Below are positions 17,351-25,489 of a stretch of DNA of 39,463 nucleotides, one piece after another. A program made the position numbers and the translations under genes. Each line of letters begins with the position of its first letter. Within the stretch, counting starts at the first letter, position 1. Below the pieces are notes generated by a model that had not been told where the DNA came from, did no database searches, and worked only from the letters and a program-made list of their open reading frames with translations. The DNA is taken from positions 1 to 39,463 of the forward strand of contig JWZX01002420.1 in the NCBI GenBank assembly GCA_001275005.1, written 5' to 3'. The stretch is from Chrysochromulina tobinii (taxonomy: Eukaryota).

Positions 17351-18864
17351 TCATCCGTACATGTGCTCCTGCTTCGCCTGCTCGGCGAGCATCTCAACGG
17401 CCGCAGGCGCATCTAGCAGCCAGTGCGTGCGGTGCGTGGCGAGGACGAGGCCTGCGGGTACGTCGGGCTCCGGCGCGAAGGCACGCCGGACGCACTCAGC
17501 CTTCGAAGCACCCGTGACGACGAAGAGCGCGAGACGCGCGGCGTTGAGCACCGGCAGCGTCAGCGTCACGCGCTCGGGGGGGGGCTTGGGCGAGTCCGCT
17601 ATGGGCGCCACCCAACGGCGCCGCTCTTCGACAATAGGGTGGCCGGGGAAGAGGGAGGCGGTGTGCCCGTCGGGGCCCATGCCAAGCAGCAGTGCATCCA
17701 GGCGTGGCGGCGCCGCCTCGCTGCCGCCGCACACGCCGAGCAGCGCTGCCTCGTACTCCCGAGCGGCGAGCTCGAGAGGCACCTGCATGCAACGCAATAA
17801 GATGCACTCAGACGCAATCAGACGCAATCAGACACAATCAGTGGAGCCGCGAGCTCGAGAGGCACCTGCATGCAATGCAATCAGACGCACTCGGACGCAA
17901 TCAGTGGAGCCGCGAGCTCGTGAGGCACCTGCATGCAATGCAATCAGACGCACTCAGACGCAATCAGTGGAGCGGCGAGCTCGAGAGGTACCGCGACGTT
18001 CAGAGCGTGCACGTTGGCGGCTGGGATGCCCACGTGATCGAGCAGAGCCTGCTGCCACACGCGCAGCGTGCACTCGGCATGCTCGTACGGCACGTAGCGC
18101 TCGTCCGCAAGGAAGAGGTGCCAGCGCTCGAAGCCCGCGCGGTCCTTGGCCGCGAGGAGGGAAGGGCAGAGCAGCTTCGGAATCGAGCCGCCGCTGAGCG
18201 CGACGGTGAACTGGCCGCGCGCTGCGAGGGCCTCGGCGGCAGCCTCGAGCAGCAGCGCCGTCGCCCTCTCGCCGAGCACGTCCGCGTCCTCGAACACCTC
18301 GAAGACCCGAGCGCCGACGCCCGCGGCGGCGTCGGTGGCGGCTACGGAGAAGGCATTGCCACCACCACGGAGCGGCAAGATCGGCGCTCCGGCCTTGGCT
18401 GCGCGCGCCTCCGCCTCCTTGGGTGCCGGCGGCGGCGGAGTCGGCGCCGCCGCGTCCGCGAGCGTCAAAGCCGCCACGCCCTCCACGGACGCCTCTGCCG
18501 GTGCAAGCTTGGGTCCACGCTTGAGCGCCTCGAGCACCTGGCGCTCGGCAAAGAAGCGGAGCTCGCCGTCTGCGTCCTTCGAGCCCAGGTTGACGGAGAC
18601 AAAGACGGGATGGCCGAGCTTGCGCGAGAGCCTCTGCGCCATGGCCTGCGAGGCGCCATCTGTATTGCTGGCCCCGAGCAGCGTGGTGCCCGCTGGTGGC
18701 CGCGAGGCGATCGTCGAGGGCACGCCCATCGCGAGCGCGTCCTGCCGACCGTCCTCCGTGCCGACCCACACATAGGTGGCGCCGCCGAGCAGGATGATCT
18801 GGAAGTGGAGCAGGTCCTGCTCCGCGAAGCTCTCGCTGAACTCGAGGACGCGGGTGGGCTCCAT
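17351..18864 (-). CDS. Fusion: proteasome assembly chaperone 4 (PSMG4-like) + 6-phosphogluconolactonase; join(17351..17782,17992..18864), 434 aa
   Basis: PAC4: LHFQIILLGGATYVWVG..ALAMGVP..GTTLLG..SQAMAQRLSRKLGHPVFVSVNL. 6PGL: FTVALSGGS, WHLFLADERYVP, LDALLLGMGPDGHTASLFPGH, DSPKPPPERVTLTLPVLN, VVTGASKA. Open frame between the domains. Confidence 0.85.
17783..17991 (-). other. 209-nt intron formed by three tandem GT..CAG units (63+63+83 nt)
   Basis: GCG|GTACCT ... ATGCAG|GTGCCT restores HALNVA|VPLELAAREY; internal AG|GT at 17929/17928 and 17866/17865. Confidence 0.9.
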
Positions 18865-18910
18865 CTTCACCTCCACGAGCGCGCGCAATACATCGGCAAA
18901 CTTGAAGTTC

Positions 18911-18938
18911 AGTCAAGTCAAGTCAAGTCAAGTCAAGT
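18911..18938. repeat. (CAAGT)n microsatellite in a divergent promoter region
   Basis: AGTCAAGTCAAGTCAAGTCAAGTCAAGT. Confidence 0.9.
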
Positions 18939-19128
18939 TCACGGGTATATCGTGCCTCGAGGCCTTCGTTGTGTGGTTCGCCCCGGGCGGACTACGCGCA
19001 CGACACGGCGCGCGTGTGGACGTTCTGTGGGCGCTCTCTCAGTGTCGCAGTTTTCTTGTGCACCGTTGCTCTCTCGTGGCGCTCGACGACCGCGCGTTTA
19101 GAGCCGCAGCTGCCGAGCGGAGAGAGCC

Positions 19129-19810
19129 ATGACGTCATGCAAGGAAGCAATCAAGGACATCGAGATTGACGGCAAGGTGGCTGCTGAGGTGCGCGCGCCG
19201 CCCGCCGCCGAACCCCGCCAGGAAGATGTGGTCTCGGGAGAGAGGGAGGGCGAGCCACTGACGCGCGTGCGACCCACGGTTTGTGCGGCTGCAGATGGAG
19301 GAGGTGCGGTTGTGCCCGATCTCGAACATGAAGCCGCTCATTGTGAAGATGGACAACGCCCTCTCCACGCTCAAAAAGTGCAGGCAGCTCCGCATGTCGT
19401 CGAATGCTATTGCCAAGATTGAGGGACTCGCGGGCTGCGACTCTCTGGTCATCCTCTCCCTCGCGCGTAACAATCTTAAAAAGATCGAGGGTCTCAACGA
19501 GATCTCCGATTCGCTCGAGCAGCTGTGGCTCTCGTACAACCAGATCGGTTCGTTTGCGGGCATTGAGAAGCTCACAAACCTGCAGGTATTGTACGCCTCG
19601 AACAACAAGATCGACAAGTGGCCGGAGGTGGAGAGGCTGCAGGGTCTGCCCAAGCTGCGCGAGCTCAACCTGGTCAACAACCCGCTGTACCAGAAGCACG
19701 ACGCGGAGGGCAACTGGCGCATTGAGGTCATCAAGCGGCTGGAGAAGTTGAAGAATCTCGACGGCTCCCTAATCGACGATGAGGAGCGCGAGAGGGCAAA
19801 GGCCGATTAG
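19129..19810 (+). CDS. DNAL1: Axonemal outer-arm dynein light chain 1 (LRR); join(19129..19188,19295..19810)
   Basis: MTSCKEAIK.., IVKMDNALSTLKKCRQLRMSSNAIAKI, LVILSLARNNLKKIEGL, LEQLWLSYNQI, LYASNNKI, NNPLY, WRIEVIKRLEKLKNLDG; GTGCGC..CTGCAG intron 19189-19294. Confidence 0.92.
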
Positions 19811-20560
19811 AGAGACGTGCGAGTGGCTGCCGCTCTTCTGGGCGGCGAGATGCACCTCACGCCGCCCTCCAGCGCACATAGTGTCCGGGCGGCAAGGCCA
19901 GCGGCGAGGGCAGGCTCGCACAGGTTTATACACGCACCGCATGGTGGGCGGGACGGACAGTGTGTGCTCCGCTTCGCTCTCTCATATCTAGCAGTCCGTA
20001 TCGTTGTTGTCAGCTGTAAGCTCGTTTACCAGCCTCAACGCTCAAGCGCGCGCGACTCAGTTAACGCCTAAAAACTTGCGCTGCCGCTGGACCACAGTGA
20101 GCTCCCTCAGGCTCACGCGCTCCGCGCGGCTGTGGCGGTGTGCTCAGGTGGAGCGTCAGGGGAACGGCCGCTCACGCCTCACCGCTGGTGGTGGTGCGCG
20201 TGGACCCGCCCTGGACCCCTGCTCTTTGGTCCAGATTGAGCTCCTCACACCTCTGTGGACCTCAGGCGAAAGGAACGCGACGGCCGCTCGGCGGTCGAAC
20301 CGGTGTGCGAATCGAATACGCCGGTAATATGCTCTACGTTGCTTCGCATGCCCATGTCGCGTCCCGGGACGCGGGAGCCGGGACCCGCGTCCGGGATTTT
20401 CGGATCGTCGCAGCCGTTTTGCGTTCCGCGGCTTCCCGGCCGCGTGTATCTCCCGAGCGCGAGATGGCGCACTGGTCATATGCGTATGACGCGCACTGGC
20501 TAGCACACTTCTTGGCATAAAGGGACCTACCCCCTTCTAGGCAGCTGCGCGGGTTCGCGC

Positions 20561-23278
20561 TCAGATTGGAGCATCCTTGGAGCCAGCATCCTTGGAGCCA
20601 GCATCCTTGGAGCCAGCGTCCTTGGAGCCCAGGCGACGTGGCCGCTTCGCGCCTGGCGGCACCGCCACCTCGGCCCACGTGCCCCCTTGACCGTGCTCCG
20701 TCCGCAGCCTCGCCCCGACCTCATCTGCCTCTACGAGGAAAAAGTGCTGCCGCGGCGTCTCGGGCGGCGCCAGCGCGGTGGGAGGCTCGCCGCACAGGAG
20801 CTCGGCCCGCCCGGTACGTCCCACTATCTCGCGCGGCGTGAGCGAGAAGGTGGCCTTGTCCTTCGCGCTGCCCCGAGCGCTACCTCGAGCGCTGTCCCGA
20901 GCGCTGCCCCGTTGTGAGGAGCTGCCGCCGCCGTCGCCGCCGTCGCGCTGATCGAGGCCGCCGGCTGCTCCGCGTTTTTGGCTGCTGCTGCTGCTTGGAC
21001 ACGTGGCCGTCTGGTGTGAATGAAGGGTGTGAATGCTTGGGCACGAGGCTGTCTGGTACACAGGTCCGTCGAGGCTCGTGTCCAATCCCTTGTAGGCGGA
21101 GGCAGGGACTGCGCGTTTGCCAGGTCGCCCCTCTGGCACCAAGTCGGCAGGCGGCACCGGGATCCACGCAGGCGAGGCATACGGCACTGGCAGCTCCGGT
21201 GCGAGCAAGCCCGCGCCCTGGCCGCCGCCTTCGCCCAGGGCGCCTTCGCCCATCCCATCTGTGGGCAGACCAGAGGCGGCGGCAGCAGAGGCCATGCACG
21301 CCTCGTCGTCAAGGGCGAGCTCTTCGGGGCGCATCTCAAGATCGCTGGGCCAGGTTTGATGACGCGACGCCCTCGGCACACGCGATTGGGCGCCGTACTG
21401 GGCGCCCAACTTGGCGCCAGCTCTCGCGCTCGCGCCAGGCGAGATGGCTGCAGCGGTCGGCTCGCAGTACCAGGCGATAAGAAGCGTGAGGCGAGGCTGC
21501 GGCGGCCCTCGGGGAGCGCCGTGAGCGAATGGGCCGGGCAGCACGCCGTGCAGCAGCCGGCCATCAAAGGCGAGGAATGAGCGTTCTCGCGGATGGGCGG
21601 CGAAGACGCGCTGGGCGCCGAGCGGCTTGTCGATCGTCTCGTCGAGCACGATCGTCGGGTCGCCGTGCTCGGATAGGTAGACGACGGACGAGACGGCGGG
21701 GTGCACGACGCGTCCCGTGATCTCCATGGTGCGCTCCTCGACATCGAAATGCAGCTCGTGCCCCCAGCTGCGCCCCGCCGCCCTCTGGTGAACCCACCAT
21801 TCACAGGACGTCAGGTCGGGCCGTCCCAGCAGCGGCCAGAGGCGCAGCAGCAGTCGCTCGACGACGTTGTGATCGAGGGCCCTCCAACCGAACGTCGCGC
21901 TCGCGACGGCGCTCGCGCTCGTGAGGGCGCGTAACCGCCACGGGTGCGCTGCCGGTGACGCCGGTGATGCCGCCGATGCCGCCGCACTCGCTGCCTCTTG
22001 CATCGAGGGGACGGCGCCGCTGTCTCCGGGCTCTGACGTACTACTACTACTGGCGCCCACGATGGCGCCTCGGCTCACGTGCGCGCTCGCGGCGGCGCGC
22101 GAGCGAGCACCAGGCGGGGCCGCGGCGAGCGGCGACGGCAAGCTCCCTGCGGCGCCCAACACAACGCTCCCTTCGGCGCCCTCGCCTCCATCCCCACCGC
22201 CGCCCTCGGCAGCGCCCACGGCGGCGCCCTCGGCAGCGCCTGCCTTTCGCAGCAGCTCGGGCAGATCGACATAGAATGTGAAGTAGCGCTTGGACGCGGA
22301 GGCGTTCTCGTACTGCGTCTCACGCCAGTACGCGGCTTCCGGCGCGAAGGCTCGGCGCAGCGCCTGATAGATGCCGGGTGCGACTGCATTGGCGAATTGG
22401 CGAACCGGTACCGACCACGGCGACGCGGCCGCCGCCGCTGCTGCTACCGCCGCCGACGACGCCGCGCCGCCTGATCCCCCCGCCCCCTGCGGCTCCGCAG
22501 AGGGCGCCGCCTCGCCGCCGTGGCCACCGCCGCTCAGCGGCAGCCGCAGCGGCGGCGGCGGCGGCGGCGGCAGCAAGCCCGGCGCACCCGCGACAATCCC
22601 GTCGGAGCGGCCTGCTGCAAGATCCCACACGCCGGGGGCGAGCTTCCAGCGGAAGCCGAAGCGGCGCAGCTCGCGGTCGGCGTCGGCGTGCTCGCCGAGC
22701 TGGCACAGGAGCAGCGCGCGATACATGCACGCGAGCGCCACCGACTTTTCGTAAGGGTCGACGAGCCAGGCCTCCCGCCAGCCGTCGCACACCTCGTCCT
22801 CGTCGTCGCTGCAGTCGGGGTCCTCCCACGAAGGCGGCCTGCACGACGCGCGGCGCCAGTGCTCGGCAGCCTTGTCCGCATCGCCGAGGTCGCGCGCGAG
22901 CATCGCGCTGTTCATCAGCGCTGCCGTGTTCCACGGGTTGACGCTGAGCGCACGCTCGAGGTGCGCCTCCGCCTCGCGTAGCGTCTCCTCCGGGAAAGCA
23001 CGAAGCGGGAAGCCGTCGTCGAGCGCGCGATCGAGCGCCATCTCAGCTCGTGTGTTGTGCGCCATGCTCGTAACCATCATCGCGGGCGGCCCGCCATTGG
23101 CTGCAGCAGAGTAGGCAGAGCCCTCGTACTCCGCCTTGTACTCGCGGTCGATCTCGACGATGTTCTCCTCAGCTTTGTCGATGTCGCCAGACTGCACCGC
23201 ATCCTGTGCCGCGTAGAAGAGCTCCGTAAGATCAAGGTGCCGCCACTCCCACGTCTCTCCCGTCCAGTGCCAGCCCAT
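20561..23278 (-). CDS. TPR-containing protein with a 2OG-Fe(II) oxygenase-like domain
   Basis: TPR-like EAEAHLERALSVNPWNTAALMNSAMLARDLGDADKAAEHWRRA; CEWWVHQR..HELHFD..HPAVSSVVYLS..FDGRLLHGV..RLTLLIAW (HxD..H..R); start uncertain. Confidence 0.7.
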   Translation of the reverse strand: MGWHWTGETWEWRHLDLTELFYAAQDAVQSGDIDKAEENIVEIDREYKAEYEGSAYSAAANGGPPAMMVTSMAHNTRAEMALDRALDDGFPLRAFPEETLREAEAHLERALSVNPWNTAALMNSAMLARDLGDADKAAEHWRRASCRPPSWEDPDCSDDEDEVCDGWREAWLVDPYEKSVALACMYRALLLCQLGEHADADRELRRFGFRWKLAPGVWDLAAGRSDGIVAGAPGLLPPPPPPPLRLPLSGGGHGGEAAPSAEPQGAGGSGGAASSAAVAAAAAAASPWSVPVRQFANAVAPGIYQALRRAFAPEAAYWRETQYENASASKRYFTFYVDLPELLRKAGAAEGAAVGAAEGGGGDGGEGAEGSVVLGAAGSLPSPLAAAPPGARSRAAASAHVSRGAIVGASSSSTSEPGDSGAVPSMQEAASAAASAASPASPAAHPWRLRALTSASAVASATFGWRALDHNVVERLLLRLWPLLGRPDLTSCEWWVHQRAAGRSWGHELHFDVEERTMEITGRVVHPAVSSVVYLSEHGDPTIVLDETIDKPLGAQRVFAAHPRERSFLAFDGRLLHGVLPGPFAHGAPRGPPQPRLTLLIAWYCEPTAAAISPGASARAGAKLGAQYGAQSRVPRASRHQTWPSDLEMRPEELALDDEACMASAAAASGLPTDGMGEGALGEGGGQGAGLLAPELPVPYASPAWIPVPPADLVPEGRPGKRAVPASAYKGLDTSLDGPVYQTASCPSIHTLHSHQTATCPSSSSSQKRGAAGGLDQRDGGDGGGSSSQRGSARDSARGSARGSAKDKATFSLTPREIVGRTGRAELLCGEPPTALAPPETPRQHFFLVEADEVGARLRTEHGQGGTWAEVAVPPGAKRPRRLGSKDAGSKDAGSKDAGSKDAPI
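20576..20628. repeat. 15-bp coding repeat (GSKDA)
   Basis: CCTTGGAGCCAGCAT units. Confidence 0.85.
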
Positions 23279-23399
23279 CCCAGCAGCGACACTGGCCGCG
23301 GAAATCGATGGCGGCGAGGTTCGCGTGAAAACATCTTTTGACGAGTCTCAGACTTGGCAGTGGGAAAATCGATAACGCTAAGCACAGTTGTCCCTTCCC

Positions 23400-24536
23400 T
23401 CAGCTCAGATTTGGCTCTTCCGATGGGCTGATCGTGAACCGCACGGGATCGTCGAGCATGCGCATGGTGCCGGGCGCGGACTTGCTCGGTCCACGCACGA
23501 GCTTGAGCACGAGCTGCTTGCTCGACTCGTCGGCGAGTGTTCCCCAAACCGTATGTGAAGCTCCGAAGCCGTTGGATCGCACGACCATAATGAAAAAGTC
23601 GGGTCCGTTACTCCCGCCCGCCCAGGCCACGTCAAACTGCTCCATGATAGGACCGCCCGGTCGCTCTTTGGGGTCGGTGCACTCCGCGGGGCCGCCCGGG
23701 AACGCGCGACAGTGCTTGTTCGGCTCGACGAGCGCGCGCATCGCCCCCTGGAATAGGAAGCCCGGCTCGGCCCGGTAGAATTCACACTTCACAGTGCAAA
23801 AGTCGCCGAGTGCAGCGGCCTGCACGAAGCGCACGCTGGGCAGGTGCCACTCGGGCTTGAGCCGGATGCGGATCTCGCCGGCGCTCGTCTTGAGCGCCAC
23901 GACGCGCACTGCGTCCAAGCTCGCGTTCGACGGCACCGGCTGCGACTTTGGGCAGTCCTTCATCAGCGCACCCGAGGTCCAAGGGGTGGTGCCGCCAACA
24001 GCGCGCGTGAGCGGTTTGGAAGGATCCTCGACCCACTTGAGCCAGCACTGGTCGCCGCACCACGCGTCCGTGCACGCCACCCAGATGTTGCAGCCGCGAG
24101 TCGTCTGGCAAAGCCTGCAGCAGTCAGCGGGAGACTTGGAGACGGTTGCGCCCACTCCGGTGCCGGGCACCATGACTGCGCCGTCGTACTCGGTGTGGAC
24201 GTGACCCTGGCATTGCGCCTTGTCCTCCAAGCTCTTCTTCGGCGGCGGCGGTGGTGGCGGCGGTGGTTGCGGCGGTGGTGAGGGCGACAAGGGTGGCGGC
24301 TTCACGGCTTTGCTCCGCACCGACTCAACCCTGGGTTTCGTCCCCGTGGGCGTCTTCGTTGGTAGCGGCAGCTGTGACGGGCTCGGCACGAAGAAGCTGC
24401 CCAGTAACAGATGCCAGCAGTACAGCGCGACCAGATACGCAGCGAGCAGGGCGACGTGAAACGTGCGCATATGCTCCCTGCCGTCGGCAAGTTCGGGCTC
24501 GCTCTTGGAGTTGCTCTCGGCAAGCGGCGGTTTCAT
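23400..24536 (-). CDS. Type II membrane protein with PAN/Apple-like and cyclophilin-like domains
   Basis: TM VALLAAYLVALYCWHLLL; HTEYDG..SPADCCRLC..GCNIWV..QCWLK; ALKTSAGEIRIRL, FYRAEPGFLFQG, VAWAGGSNGPDFFI, HTVWG. Confidence 0.78.
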   Translation of the reverse strand: MKPPLAESNSKSEPELADGREHMRTFHVALLAAYLVALYCWHLLLGSFFVPSPSQLPLPTKTPTGTKPRVESVRSKAVKPPPLSPSPPPQPPPPPPPPPKKSLEDKAQCQGHVHTEYDGAVMVPGTGVGATVSKSPADCCRLCQTTRGCNIWVACTDAWCGDQCWLKWVEDPSKPLTRAVGGTTPWTSGALMKDCPKSQPVPSNASLDAVRVVALKTSAGEIRIRLKPEWHLPSVRFVQAAALGDFCTVKCEFYRAEPGFLFQGAMRALVEPNKHCRAFPGGPAECTDPKERPGGPIMEQFDVAWAGGSNGPDFFIMVVRSNGFGASHTVWGTLADESSKQLVLKLVRGPSKSAPGTMRMLDDPVRFTISPSEEPNLS

Positions 24537-24655
24537 GTGAGAGTTCTGAGTACGGAAAGTTTATTGACGCTCTTCCTTCCTCTTCCTCTCTACTGCTCCG
24601 ACGGTGTGAGGGAAAGCCTGGGCGCTTGCGACGGCGCCACGAAGCACAAGCCAGG

Positions 24656-25252
24656 ATGGTGTGACTTTTCTCTGCGCTCTTGGACGCTGAGGGCCCTGCC
24701 TGCGTGCTGCCGTGGGGCCTGCGCGGGGCGCCTGTCAGCTTCCGTGTGATGGAGCCCCTTACTCACCGTGGCTGGTCCGCTCGCAGGGTCGTGGCGGCGA
24801 CATGGAGGCGAAGATCCGGAAAATCCTCCCGAAGGATGAGCAGGTATAGCTCTCGCCGTGCACAAGGGAGACGTGCACACGCGCGCGTCGCAGGCCGAGC
24901 GAACGACGTGGGGGGGAGAGGGGCTGCTCGTGCGGTGCTGTCTCCTTCGCCATTGCTGACGATGCGCCGTGCGCACGTGTCTGCACAGATTGTCGTGGCT
25001 ATCCTCGGCTGCTACGCGGGCGTCTTCGGCCTCGTCAAGCTGAAGGGCGCCATGTCGGGCAAAAAGCCGGTGCCGGTGGCGGCGGCGGCCGCTGCGCCGG
25101 CGACCACCAGCGGCTCGACCTCCAAGTGGGGCTTCGAGCCGCCCACGATTGAGACGTTTGATGCGTGGGAGCAAAACGCCGACAACTGGAAGAAGTGGGA
25201 GGCGTTCATGAGCAACGACAAGCTTGTCGACCAGTGGGCGGCTACCCTCTAA
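24656..25252 (+). CDS. Small single-TM protein (107 aa), possibly a mitochondrial ATP synthase subunit k-like accessory; join(24656..24658,24787..24843,24989..25252)
   Basis: Two phase-0 GT-AG introns give MGRGGDMEAKIRKILPKDEQIVVAILGCYAGVFGLVKLK...WGFEPPTIETFDAW..; strong GC3 bias; functional assignment is weak. Confidence 0.65.
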
Positions 25253-25489
25253 GTGAGCTGCTCGCAAGCGGCCGCGAGCGAAGGCGGCTATTATTCGAGT
25301 CCGGCGCTCTTAAAAAGGGAGCGCGGCCCGCATGCGGTGCCGTGTCACCAAGGCACGCCGTTTCTTATGGGTTATGGCTCATGCAAAATCGAGTTGGTTT
25401 TACAATAGTCGGTTGTAACGAAGCGGCGCCTCAAAACTTTGCGTGAGACCCCATCGCTCGGAAGCTCGATCCAGGTCGTTTCGCCCTCC

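Noticed and set aside
17783..17991. CRISPR-like or direct-repeat array interpretation of this and other repeats (7374-7635, 28049-28197, 37604-37680)
   Set aside because: No unique spacers, no cas genes, eukaryotic context; explained as tandem or intronic repeats.
17692..19101. Other long GC-rich antisense ORFs (also 25855-26769, 28210-29490, 29703-30836, 36065-36991)
   Set aside because: Expected stop-poor shadows of high-GC3 genes on the opposite strand.
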